Assembly: GCA_965601925.1 (NCBI GenBank)
Contig: OZ271854.1
Location: forward strand, 4,128,001-4,192,000
Length of the DNA stretch: 64,000 nt
Reading direction: 5' to 3'
Origin: Alkalispirochaeta sp.
GTDB lineage: Bacteria > Spirochaetota > Spirochaetia > DSM-27196 > Alkalispirochaetaceae
Of the stretch, positions 10,954-20,916 are shown one piece after another. The first letter of the stretch is position 1. Every line of letters begins with the position of its first letter. The notes under the pieces are model-generated. The model had not been told where the DNA came from. It saw only the letters and a list, made by a program, of their open reading frames with translations, and ran no database searches. The position numbers and the translations under genes are program-made.

Positions 10954-12027
10954 ATGCGACAACTCGGAAATCGAATCGAATTCGATAGCTTGATTCTCGC
11001 CTGCGACGTTGGAGGCACCAATACCGGGGTAGCGGTGGTGGGACGCCTCGGTCGACGGTTCGACATTCTTCAGCGCTATCGCTACTCCTCTCAAGCACTG
11101 TCGTCGATGCTGGAGGCCGTCGAGCGAACACTCGCGGTCCTCGCGGAGACGACGCCTCACCTCACGCCGAGTCTGATTTGCATCAGCGGCGCCGGGCCCG
11201 TACGCGACAACTACTGTGAACTGTCCAACGTCGGGTGGAACATCGACGGCGCTGCGATCGCGGCCGAGACCGGTATCGAGACGCTGGTCATTAACGATTT
11301 TACCGCAATCAGCTACGGGATTCCGCTTCTCGACGTGGAGGACCCCGCTCAAATCACCCCCCTGCCCGACCGGAACGGCACCGTTCCTGCCCGGGAGGGA
11401 CACGTCCAGGCGGTCGTCGGAGCCGGCACCGGTCTCGGAGTCGGATACCTCGTGGAACAGGAGGGCCGTTTCCTCGCGTTCTCGTCCGAGGGTGGCCACT
11501 CGGGGTTTGCGCCGTACGACGCGCTCACACGCGAGATGGTCGATTGGGCGCTGTCGTCGGTCGAAGCAGGAGCGGCCGCGGGAGCTGAACTCTTCGTCTC
11601 CGGCCAGGGCATCGCGAACACCTACCGCTTCTTTCGGGAGACCGGACGCCTGCCGCAGTCTTCCGCGATCTCCTCACCACCTGCGGAAGAGGACGACCCC
11701 GCAGCGTACGTCTCGGAGGCCGCTTCATCGGGCGACGGCGCAGCGACGGAGATACTTAAGACGTTTGTGAAGAGTTACGCACGGTTCGCTTCGGACGCGG
11801 CGCTCCATTTTCTACCCCGCGGAGGGCTCTTTTTGGCCGGCGGTATCGTCACCAAAAACGAGCGCTGGTTTTTGGAGGACGACCTGTTCATGCACGCCTT
11901 CCGGGCGAACTATCGCGAGCACATCGCCCGTGTGTTGGGACAAATTCCGATTTACATCGTCAAGGACTATGCCATTTCCCTGTACGGCGCGGCGCACGCC
12001 GCCTATTCACGCATCGAGCGCGCGTAA
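10954..12027 (+). CDS. glk: Glucokinase
   Basis: DVGGTN, INDF, GAGTGLG, SEGGH, VSGQG and LAGGI motifs. Confidence 0.9.
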   Translation: MRQLGNRIEFDSLILACDVGGTNTGVAVVGRLGRRFDILQRYRYSSQALSSMLEAVERTLAVLAETTPHLTPSLICISGAGPVRDNYCELSNVGWNIDGAAIAAETGIETLVINDFTAISYGIPLLDVEDPAQITPLPDRNGTVPAREGHVQAVVGAGTGLGVGYLVEQEGRFLAFSSEGGHSGFAPYDALTREMVDWALSSVEAGAAAGAELFVSGQGIANTYRFFRETGRLPQSSAISSPPAEEDDPAAYVSEAASSGDGAATEILKTFVKSYARFASDAALHFLPRGGLFLAGGIVTKNERWFLEDDLFMHAFRANYREHIARVLGQIPIYIVKDYAISLYGAAHAAYSRIERA

Positions 12028-12041
12028 GAAAGGAGACCGCG

Positions 12042-13610
12042 ATGGCCCATGATAAGAGCCGCAGCACGGTGAACGACGACGGAGCCGTAGAGCGCCGTAT
12101 GCACGAGATCGGAATTGATGTCGAGCGCTCGAAACACATCCTCACCGCCTTTAATCGCGGCGACTACGACGGAGTACGCCCACTTGAAGCGTCGGGAGTG
12201 CCGGAAATCGACGGCACGACCATTCTCGACCGCCGCGGATACTCGACCCTGACGCTTCCCGACCGCGCATATCGCGCGCGCCTGGCAGAGATAGCGCCGG
12301 AGATACCCACGGATCGCTTTGGTACGGTCGACGGCGACACGCGACACCTCGACGACGAAGCGCTTCGCACGATCGGTATTCTCCTCTATCCGTACCTCTC
12401 CTACGGCGTTCTCAACGGCGGCAGCGCCACGAGCTACGCCGACACACGCAAGAACCACGCCTTCGACTCGGATCTCTTTGCACTGTATCGCGAAACATTC
12501 GACCGGCTCGCCGAAGGCGCACGGGGAAAGCCGAAGGGAATCACTCCGGCCTTCATTAACCCCGACGGGAGCGACGGGGCGAGCTTTCTCGAACTCAAGT
12601 TTCGTATGGTCCTGCGCGCTGCGGAAGCCTATCGCGCCGTGGCGGCCGATCTGGATATCTCCCCTCCGACGGATGCCGACGGTGCGCCGTTGCGTCCGGG
12701 GTTTCCCGTCGTCGAGATGACGAGCATCTTCACCCGTGATGCACTCCGAGACGCATACGCAACCTACCGCGAGAGTCCTCTGCTTCGCGACCTTCCCGCC
12801 GCTGATAGTGTTCTCCAGACGGCATCGGCCGCGCAGCCCCTCATCGCGGCGATGACCCATTCCGAGGAGGGGCGTCCCAAACGGTTCTTCACGAACGCCG
12901 GAGGAGAAAGCGGACACCCACTCGGGCTCCCCGGCGGCCACGGCCAGAACTTTCAGGTGCTCACGCCGGTCTACCGGCGCCTTCATCGGTTGGGAAAACG
13001 GTTCGTGTACCTCGGGAATGTGGATAACGTCGGCTTCACGATCGACCCGGTCTCTCTTGCGATTCTGGCGCTTCGCGGCGCACAGGGCGGATTCGACTTC
13101 TCCTTTCGTACTCCCGTGGACGTCAAAATCGGCATCCTCGTCTACGACCAGAACGGGAGGCTCAACTGCGGTGATATCGGTCCGGCAATCAGCCGCGACG
13201 AGATGCTGGCGGTCGAGCGGCGGGGAACCAAAATCCTTTGTAACTGCGCCTCCGGACTCTTCAACCTCGACTATTTGGCACCCAACCTGGATCGCATCGT
13301 GGCCGAACTCCCGATGCGCATCTCCGACCAGGACAAGGACGCGGGACGCTATAGCCAGGCCGAGCAGGTGACGTGGGAGATCATCGGGATGCTCGACGAC
13401 CCGCTCATCTTCGGAATCGATAAATACCGGCGCTTTCTCGCCGCAAAGATGCTCCTGGAGACGATTCTTACAAGCGGCGTTGCGCTCGAGACGGCGCAGA
13501 AGATACAGCAGACCGCGCCCGCCTTGGCGGCCGGCCTCCGGGGCGTATTGCAGGAGCAGTACGGGCTGTCGCTACAGGCGGGGCGTTGGCGGCCGGCCGA
13601 AACGGTGTAG
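12042..13610 (+). CDS. UTP--glucose-1-phosphate uridylyltransferase (UDPGP family)
   Basis: LNGG, PKG, PGGHG and NVDN motifs; immediately downstream of glk. Confidence 0.7.
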   Translation: MAHDKSRSTVNDDGAVERRMHEIGIDVERSKHILTAFNRGDYDGVRPLEASGVPEIDGTTILDRRGYSTLTLPDRAYRARLAEIAPEIPTDRFGTVDGDTRHLDDEALRTIGILLYPYLSYGVLNGGSATSYADTRKNHAFDSDLFALYRETFDRLAEGARGKPKGITPAFINPDGSDGASFLELKFRMVLRAAEAYRAVAADLDISPPTDADGAPLRPGFPVVEMTSIFTRDALRDAYATYRESPLLRDLPAADSVLQTASAAQPLIAAMTHSEEGRPKRFFTNAGGESGHPLGLPGGHGQNFQVLTPVYRRLHRLGKRFVYLGNVDNVGFTIDPVSLAILALRGAQGGFDFSFRTPVDVKIGILVYDQNGRLNCGDIGPAISRDEMLAVERRGTKILCNCASGLFNLDYLAPNLDRIVAELPMRISDQDKDAGRYSQAEQVTWEIIGMLDDPLIFGIDKYRRFLAAKMLLETILTSGVALETAQKIQQTAPALAAGLRGVLQEQYGLSLQAGRWRPAETV

Positions 13611-13635
13611 CACAACCGTCCGTTACGTGGCCGTC

Positions 13636-14307
13636 CTATCGGTCGGCATAGTGCTCCGCCTCGTCGATCATCGCGCGAAAGAGGCGCCGCGTACCACCGG
13701 GCGCGAATGCCCGCAGGATGCGCGGAAACCCTCGAAACGGATCGCGAAACTCGGTCGTGTTTCGCTGCCTCATATAGGTAACGGAGCGCCCGTCGACCTC
13801 CATCTCCTCCATGAAAAACGCCCCGCGACTCGATGTGAGCTTGCCGTCGAGTGACTCGATCATCTCGTATTCCAGAATGAACCGACGCGGCTCCTGCAAG
13901 CGTAGATCGATCGCCTCGGAGCGCTGGCGTATATGGTAGGTCGCGTCGATTCCCATAAATCGAACGCCGATCCGCTGCACCTCGATCACGACATTGCCGG
14001 GCTCCGAGGTAACGGGTGTCCATTCATACTCGTGAAGGTTCGGCATGTACTCAGCGATCCGATCACGATTGAGAAAGACCATCGCCAACGCGTCGATCGG
14101 AAGGTCGGCGATCAGATGGTAGTCGGTATCACTGCGCACGATCGTCTCGCCCGCGCTGTCGGCGTGCGTGGTAACTTCGAACGCAAGCTGGGTCGCCCGA
14201 CGACCGACTTCGAGATCATTGTGTGCAACGGCAATCTCTCGCGCGTAGATGGGTGAGGCTATTGCAAGCGTACAAAAGAGTCCGAGCAATACATATATGT
14301 TACGCAT
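13636..14307 (-). CDS. Exported hypothetical protein, possibly START/SRPBCC fold
   Basis: Signal peptide MRNIYVLLGLFCTLAIASPIYA; EYMPNL segment and C-terminal helix reminiscent of SRPBCC. Confidence 0.5.
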   Translation of the reverse strand: MRNIYVLLGLFCTLAIASPIYAREIAVAHNDLEVGRRATQLAFEVTTHADSAGETIVRSDTDYHLIADLPIDALAMVFLNRDRIAEYMPNLHEYEWTPVTSEPGNVVIEVQRIGVRFMGIDATYHIRQRSEAIDLRLQEPRRFILEYEMIESLDGKLTSSRGAFFMEEMEVDGRSVTYMRQRNTTEFRDPFRGFPRILRAFAPGGTRRLFRAMIDEAEHYADR

Positions 14308-14589
14308 GGAGGAGTATGTTTGGTCCTGTTTCTGTTGGGCCGAAGTATCCCACAGCGTATTGAACGGCCGAGTGTAAGCAGTACTGCCGCGATGATTCTG
14401 CCATTCGATCCCACGCGGTCGACTTGGAAGTACGTACGGTGAACCGAGAAATACGCGGTTCACGGTCGCCGGATAGCCGGCTCTTGATGTCGATAATTAT
14501 CGAGGGCTGCCGCATCAGAAGGCGAGGATATCATGTGAATCGCGGGGGGTACAGTGCGGCGGGGAGTATGATTACGCCTTTGCACCACG

Positions 14590-15011
14590 GTCTTCGGGCG
14601 CGTCTCCCCTTGTTCAACGAAGGGAGCGGCCGTCGGTGTCGATCACTCAGCAGGCCCTTCGGGCCAGAAGTCGTGCTCGCCACCGCCGTCCGTTCCCCGG
14701 CGCGTTTCAACAGAGATGTCTCGTCCTCTTGTGAGATGTCGGGGGGACCGGGCTCCGGGTTCCGGGTTCCAATTCCTCGGCCCGATCATGGGTGGATGGT
14801 GGTGCGGTAGTTCTTACGACGGCTTGTCGTACCCATCACGCACCGACCGCTTCTCGGCTCACTTCGGCCGCATACCCGAGCAGCACGCAGTGCGTGCGAC
14901 CAGGGGCCGATCGCCGGCGGTCGTCGCCCCGGGCCGGCTGCATGGGCGCGCGGCAATCCGCCAAGGATTGCGACCAGCCCCTGTGGGATTTCCTCCCTTC
15001 GCACTCGCGCT
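14590..15011 (-). repeat. Structured non-coding element, copy E1 (longest; island boundary)
   Basis: Shares core TCGGGCGCGTCTCCCC...GATCACTCAGCAGGCCCTTCGGGCCAGAAGTCG...CGCCACCGCCGTCCGTT with 18887-19122 and 23414-23742. Confidence 0.9.
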
Positions 15012-15116
15012 ACGGTAAGTCATGTCGCGTTTGGTTCAACTGCGCGGTTTCGCCCCACTTCATCGTCCAGATGAGGTTTTGGATCTCCACGTTATTGTAA
15101 AAACATATACCGACAG

Positions 15117-16037
15117 TCAGGGTCCTGACGGCACGTTGAACTCAAGCCGGAAGTCCGGATTTCGTGTTTGTAGTTCGTCAAGATGCTCATTGAACCACGA
15201 TTCGAGCCGCTCGTACGTTCCAGTCCGCGGTCCAAATACCGTGTTGTTGATACTGTCGATATACAAGGTCCGAATATTCGACTCCAACAATGCGTCGATG
15301 TTGTTGAGTTCGGGTGTCTGCATAATATTCAAATCAAACTCGCCTGGAGTTGTATCAATGTTGTCGAGCGAACGAATTTGCGTCGAATCGACCCTAAGCA
15401 CACTAAGTCGCGTCATCCCTGACATATCCGGCAACGAGGTAATCCCCGTAAATGCAACATCGAGATACTCGATGTGTTCGTTATTCACGAGGACATCAAT
15501 TGATGAAATATCAGACCGGAAAAGTGTCAAATGACGCACATCGGTGTCAGCAATATTGGCAATGTCTTCGACTCTATCATTGAATGACAACTGCGATAGG
15601 GACAACTCCTTAGGAAGCTCCGGAACAGTTCGGACGTCAATATAATAGGTGGAAATGCTATCAATCCAACTGATCGCCATAGGGGAAAGTCGTGCTAAAT
15701 TATGAAGCAATCCTGTATCAGATCGTATCTCGTCGCGCATACCGGGAACACCCAAGTTACGCGTCCTCGAAGACCATTCGCCATCATATTGGTCCGCATA
15801 TGCTGTTAGCTCGGCGTTGATTGCGTCGATCGTCTGTTGATCCAACTCGCCATCCGGCGTCATTAAGCGATCAGTTCCAAGAACTTCTGTCGTCGCCTCC
15901 TCATTGACCAAAACTACCGGTGCCGATGATATCGGCTCCGAATCGCTTGTGCCATCGACATCTTTCGAACACGCGCTAAGGCTAAGAAGCAGAAGTACAA
16001 AGCATATGAGAAAATACCATACTTGTTTCTTCATCAT
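15117..16037 (-). CDS. Leucine-rich-repeat lipoprotein, candidate immunity/accessory protein
   Basis: Lipobox LSAC; LRR-like units (VRHLTLFRSDISSIDVL, IEYLDVAFTGITSLPDM, LSVLRVDSTQIRSLDNI); AT-richer than flanks. Confidence 0.7.
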   Translation of the reverse strand: MMKKQVWYFLICFVLLLLSLSACSKDVDGTSDSEPISSAPVVLVNEEATTEVLGTDRLMTPDGELDQQTIDAINAELTAYADQYDGEWSSRTRNLGVPGMRDEIRSDTGLLHNLARLSPMAISWIDSISTYYIDVRTVPELPKELSLSQLSFNDRVEDIANIADTDVRHLTLFRSDISSIDVLVNNEHIEYLDVAFTGITSLPDMSGMTRLSVLRVDSTQIRSLDNIDTTPGEFDLNIMQTPELNNIDALLESNIRTLYIDSINNTVFGPRTGTYERLESWFNEHLDELQTRNPDFRLEFNVPSGP

Positions 16038-16062
16038 TACCGGTAAGATGACGATTCAAACA

Positions 16063-17082
16063 CTACTCGGCTTCGCGGTACTGATTTTCAGGTACTTTCC
16101 AAGCTCGAACGGTACGCTCAAGTCGCTCTATTGGTCGCTCCCATGTGTGGTTGCGAATGATGGCGCTGATGGCGGTGTCGTCCCAACGACTCCCGGGGTA
16201 CACATCCAGAATCTCGAGTTGCACGGATCGAGTCGGCGTAGGGAAGTTAATGTATGAGAGCTCGACGACATCTTCAAATGTGTATTCAAACTCAAACCGT
16301 GTTTCCGGGTCCGTCGATCGGATCATCGCCGTACGCACACGATTGTTCATTCGAAACAAATGACGTCGCTCAGGATCAACAAATCCATTGAGCACGAGCA
16401 TGTGATCAGAGGGCTCTTCAAAGGTGATATCAAGCGTTACGCCAATCCCCGGCCCCTCTTCGCCTTCGACCCACGGATTATGGAGTGCGTTCCAGTACAT
16501 TGAGATTTGGTCACCAAAGAAAATGCTGCGAAGCAGCTGTGGTCCATACACAACCTCTTCTCCGTTAACGTCTTCTGACAAGATAGAGTGCGCAGATATC
16601 GACTCAACCCCAAAGCTGTATATTCGATGAGGTTCATTTCCCTCCGTTGCGGGCTCCAAAATCCAGAGTGCGTTCGGATTGTGGGCATTTATCTCAGTGC
16701 TGAAAAGCTGAAGGAAATTACCGCCAAACAACGTGAAAAAATCTTGACCCATGATCGTCGTTTCGTAATATCCACTCTCTGTCAAGACAATATCGTCGAC
16801 ATTCATCTCTTGCCAAATGGTGTCGAAGAACCACGTCATTGTGTCGCCCTCGCGCACAACGAATGATCCCGCGACCGGGAAATACCCGAACGCATTAGCG
16901 GCCACTTCGACTATCGGTTCAGCCGAGCCTGCATCGTCACTAGGTTCAACCATCAAAAGATGTGTTTCGTCAGCTAACATCGGCTCGCCGTTTGCATTGA
17001 TGGCACGGGAATCCCCTTCGGATTGCCGACAAGAAATAACCGTGATCAGAAAAATGATAATACCGACTGTTACTCGTCTCAT
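16063..17082 (-). CDS. Lipoprotein with C-terminal discoidin-like/NADase-type glycan-binding domain, candidate immunity protein
   Basis: Lipobox VISC; PWVEG..GPGIG, LNGF, NNRV and LDVYPGSRWDDTAIS motifs; starts 3 nt after the cassette stop. Confidence 0.7.
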   Translation of the reverse strand: MRRVTVGIIIFLITVISCRQSEGDSRAINANGEPMLADETHLLMVEPSDDAGSAEPIVEVAANAFGYFPVAGSFVVREGDTMTWFFDTIWQEMNVDDIVLTESGYYETTIMGQDFFTLFGGNFLQLFSTEINAHNPNALWILEPATEGNEPHRIYSFGVESISAHSILSEDVNGEEVVYGPQLLRSIFFGDQISMYWNALHNPWVEGEEGPGIGVTLDITFEEPSDHMLVLNGFVDPERRHLFRMNNRVRTAMIRSTDPETRFEFEYTFEDVVELSYINFPTPTRSVQLEILDVYPGSRWDDTAISAIIRNHTWERPIERLERTVRAWKVPENQYREAE

Positions 17083-17085
17083 AGT

Positions 17086-18886
17086 TTAATAGTACCAACT
17101 GTACCACGTATCTTCGAAGGGGACTTCGAATAACGTTGCGTCGATATGGTACCCACTCTCCATACCGGTCGATTCTAGAAATCCGAAAGTCGATTGAATC
17201 GTATCGTGCGATGTCACAAAACATCCGTCAGAGAAACATCCACTCGCCCAATCGGATGTAGCACCGGCAGCTCTATTTGAATGAAGAAGCCACCGTTCCC
17301 AGTCTGTTCCGTTACGCCCATCGTTACCGATCGCCTGTCCATCCAGTGTTGCGGCATTGTTAAGAATCAGTACTGCGTTCTGATTGCCGTCAATCTCTCC
17401 TGCAAATCCCGACGACTGACCATAATACGTTATACCCAACGATCCCGGCGCGATCGTGTTTCCCTGCACATTGCCGTGTACCGGATGATCGAACGGCTGG
17501 CTTAAGTTATCACCGCGCCTGTTCGTTGTCATATTGTCGACGGTGTGATACCCGCCAAACGCATCACCCGCGATGAGGTTACCGTCCAAGTCGTACTGCT
17601 GAATCACCAGATGATCCTGACTCTGGCTTCCTGGGTTATAGAGGTCATCCTCGTAAGCCGACCAGCCATTGTAGGTGTCGGGATTGCGAAAGATCTCGGC
17701 CTTCACGGTCGAGTATTCATACGCGCCGTCGGTGTACTCAGCCAAAATCCGACCCTGCTCGGCAAGATTTCGGTCGGTCAACGTCATGCCCTCAACTGTA
17801 AAGCCGCCTTCTCCGTCTGCTTGCCAACGACCTGCATCACCATTCCACTCCGCTCCCGCATTCTTCAACAACGCCTCGCCCACTAAGCTGTTCCGTTGCG
17901 CATCCGTCAGCCCATCAAGGCTTGCTCCCGGGTCGTGGCGTAGTATCTGCACATCAACCGCCGAAAATCCAAACACATCCATGAGTGTCTGGTCATCGTA
18001 GTTGCTTGGATCTGTTATGTCGCCTCCTAATAGCTGTCCCGCGCGTTCGTCGTCAACAAGGTTTCCCAGCGATGCAGCCCACCCCATTTCGTTCTGAGCG
18101 CCCTGTCCTTCTGGCGTCATCGTGCTGATCACATCGCCTTCGGCGTTTAGATACTCGACGGTCAACTCTTTGCTCCCGTCGTCGATGAGCTCATGAGTTC
18201 CATCGGCGTGTACGACCAGTTTCCAATAATCCGCACTGGAATCATAGGCACCGCCCACATACGAGACAAAGTCGCTGAAGTCACCTGTCTTCTGCGCCTC
18301 CACCAACCGCTTCACCTCGTCCTGTTGCATCCCCGTCAGCTGCTCGTCTCCGTAGATCCCCGCGACCTGCTGCGCCACCAACGTGTGGCCGACGACCGCT
18401 TGTACCGTCTCCTGCTGTTGTCCCAGCTCCCCGTTATCCACCCCATCCCGAAACGCCTCGTGCGATAACGTCAGTCCCAGCTGATACTTACTCCCCGCAC
18501 TCGCGCCGTCTCCCAGGTAGATCTGCTTCTGTCCGTTGACCAGCTCCGTCTCGGCACGACCGTCCGTACCGCCCCGTACCAACCGCGCCTCGCCCGACAT
18601 CAACTCATCATACAGCGCTTCGGTTTCGGCCAGTCCCGACGTGTCCAGCATCCGCATCGCGATCGCCTCGTCTCCGCGGAATCCCTCACGATGGATGTCC
18701 AAGCTCCGCCGGTACGATGAGAATCCGCCCATCCCTTGCATCACCTGGCCCACGCTCATCCCGATGCCCCCCATGCCCACATTGAACACCGGTCGATCGC
18801 CCCCCAGATTCAGCTCCAGTAGTCCCGTACCCGTGGGTCCTCCGAGGTCGCTCATGCTCAACACATTCAACGTCGTTTGCCCCGTC
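17086..18886 (-). CDS. Orphan C-terminal cassette 2 of the giant protein; L,D-transpeptidase-like (YkuD/Tlde1-like) tip
   Basis: Begins with TGQTTLN..GLLELNLGGDRPVFNVG, homologous to the giant protein; HEAFRDG and DYWKL; terminal H-x16-SDGCF; no signal peptide; the ORF-track N-terminus is just translated repeat. Confidence 0.75.
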
Positions 18887-19122
18887 GGGCTTCGGGCGCG
18901 TCTCCCCCGGTTCCAATTCGGGGGGAGCGGTCGTCGGTGTCGATCACTCAGCAGGCCCTCCGGGCCAGAAGTCGCGACCGCCACCGCCGTCCGTTCCCCG
19001 GCGGAGTACCGTAGGTGTGTCTCATTCTCATATGGGATGTCGGGGGGAGACCGGGCTGCGGACTGATAGTCCTCAGCCCGGCAATGGGTGGATAGTGCTG
19101 TGATTACTCTTACGTCGGTTCG
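18887..19122 (-). repeat. Structured non-coding element, copy E2 (shorter)
   Basis: Alignable to E1/E3 from TTCGGGCGCGTCTCCCCC to CTTACGTCGGTTCG. Confidence 0.9.
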
Positions 19123-19185
19123 CCGCAACTACTCTGCGTACATTCTCTTGCAGAGACTTCTCGATCTCTGCTCGTATCATCCCCG

Positions 19186-19836
19186 CTAACGAGTCCCTTG
19201 TGGGCAGTTTCGTTCAGGACTGCATTTGCTCGCCATTAGGCCAAAGTGATTGAGAAACAAATCTATCACTCGATTGCCGTCGTAAGGTTCTAATGACTCG
19301 CCGTAGTCGAGCCATCCATGGGCTGCTAAATCATGGGCAGTCATGCTCAATAGCCAATTGTAAGCCCCATCATTGCGTACGGTGTACTCAACTGCGCGTA
19401 CTACGAATGCCATCATTGCCTCATGGGCGCGCGGTTCTTGCGCAGGATCCAGTAGCCCAAGAGTTCCGGAAACTCCTTGCAAGCCAGCAATCGCCAAGGA
19501 ACTCGTCGCCCAACGGCGAGTCGATTCAGATCTCTCGATGAGCTTGACTTCCGACAAGAGAGAAACAACGTCGTCAACTTGCAGATCCGTCCGTCTCTCC
19601 AGCGCTAGGAGCGCGGCATCTGCAGAAGCCGACATGGGAAAATGGGCCGCGAAACGATACATATAAACTTCGAGCAAAACAGACGTATCGAGCTGCGAAA
19701 GCTCATCGTGAGGGATCGCTTCAACTCGCTCTATCATCTCACGTAGTTCGTTATCACTGTCCCAAGGGTCGGCATGTGTAAGTGTTGCGATAACGCAACA
19801 CTGCAAAATAAAAAGTAATCCGTAACGGTTCTGCAT
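19186..19836 (-). CDS. Exported protein, candidate orphan immunity (paralog of 20290-20916)
   Basis: Signal peptide ending THA-D; LDPAQEPRA and RAVEYTVRND shared with the paralog; TGATG overlap with the upstream remnant. Confidence 0.75.
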   Translation of the reverse strand: MQNRYGLLFILQCCVIATLTHADPWDSDNELREMIERVEAIPHDELSQLDTSVLLEVYMYRFAAHFPMSASADAALLALERRTDLQVDDVVSLLSEVKLIERSESTRRWATSSLAIAGLQGVSGTLGLLDPAQEPRAHEAMMAFVVRAVEYTVRNDGAYNWLLSMTAHDLAAHGWLDYGESLEPYDGNRVIDLFLNHFGLMASKCSPERNCPQGTR

Positions 19837-20045
19837 CAGTGGTACCATCCCGTGAAAGGTGTGCCGGGCCGTGATAGCAAGCCGCGATACGAGCTCGGAT
19901 TGTTGCCTAAACCACCAGGAGGAATGCTACCACCCACGGCAAACGCCATGAGTCCCTCCGTGTGTCCAAAGTACGGAACTGGAGGTGGGGCCGGATTGTT
20001 GATACCTTCCACTGCGTAGTTATACAGCCACTGGCCGGCGGGCAT
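19836..20045 (-). pseudogene. Remnant toxin tip, paralog of the last ~68 aa of cassette 1
   Basis: AGQWLYNYAVEGIN..YFGHTEGLMAFAVGG..FTGWYH versus AGQWVYNYGVEGIN..YFGHTEELMAYAIGG..YTGWYY. Confidence 0.8.
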
Positions 20046-20289
20046 CTCTTGGCAGGTATCTATCAGGTCGGTCGTCAAACAACAATTCGGAACTCTGCTC
20101 CAACGCGTCGACACTGTTAAAGCATATGCTCTGATTGTTGTGCTAAAAAACATTGATCGCTCGTTTGTTCCTACCGCTTCATCTCCCGTTTCTCCACTTC
20201 AGCACTTGCATGAAGTATTGGATACCAAAAACCTGCTGCGTTCGCCGTGAGTCCTCATACAATTAACCAGCTTTAGTCTCGCCGTATCC

Positions 20290-20916
20290 TTACCAGCCCT
20301 CGGGTCGTTGCATTGTCGCGGTGATTCCGTAGTGATCCAAAAACGATTGGACAAATGGTCGAACTGCGTTTCGATCATCAGGCGGATCAAATCCCAACCA
20401 ACCACCCCGATGTAGTGTTCCGACAGTGGCGGTTAGCAAAAAGTTTTCCGCAGCGTCATTTCGCACAGTGAACTCGATCGCGCGAGCAACAAAACCCATC
20501 ATAAGTTCAGCTGCGCGCGGCTCTTGATCGGGATCCAGCATATCCATCTCTTCGGCTAAATCCTTTAGTCCTACTAAGGCCCACATACTAGAATCCGACA
20601 AATAGACGGACTCAACTGAAGCTATAATCGGGATGTCAGCCATAGTCACCAATATATGATCAGGCTCAAGGTCAGACCTAAAAGCAAGCTCATTAAGTAC
20701 ATCCAATGCGGTGGGTGATACATCTATATAATGGACTGAATGATATGTATAAGCCTCAACGAGCTCAGTGGTAGAAAGCTCATCGAAATCCTTTTCGGAA
20801 ATCGAATCAAAATACTCTTTAGAGGACCGTAAAGCGTCTTCACTGTCCCACCACTGTGCATGTATCGCGTCGATGAGTAACCCCAAGATGATTGAACAAA
20901 TTATCCATTTCTTCAT
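20290..20916 (-). CDS. Exported protein, candidate immunity for cassette 1
   Basis: MKKWIICSIILGLLIDAIHA signal peptide; TAATG stop/start overlap at 20914-20918; AT-rich. Confidence 0.75.
   Translation of the reverse strand: MKKWIICSIILGLLIDAIHAQWWDSEDALRSSKEYFDSISEKDFDELSTTELVEAYTYHSVHYIDVSPTALDVLNELAFRSDLEPDHILVTMADIPIIASVESVYLSDSSMWALVGLKDLAEEMDMLDPDQEPRAAELMMGFVARAIEFTVRNDAAENFLLTATVGTLHRGGWLGFDPPDDRNAVRPFVQSFLDHYGITATMQRPEGW

Noticed and set aside
14568..14578. ATGATTACGCC, identical to part of the pUC lacZ-alpha start
   Set aside because: An 11-nt match with no flanking vector sequence; chance.
18887..19128. ORF-track N-termini of the 680-aa and 864-aa ORFs, and small ORFs over the elements (e.g. 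23537-23785, 14786-15004)
   Set aside because: They are translations of the repeated element; frames shift between copies, so the element is not a conserved coding sequence.
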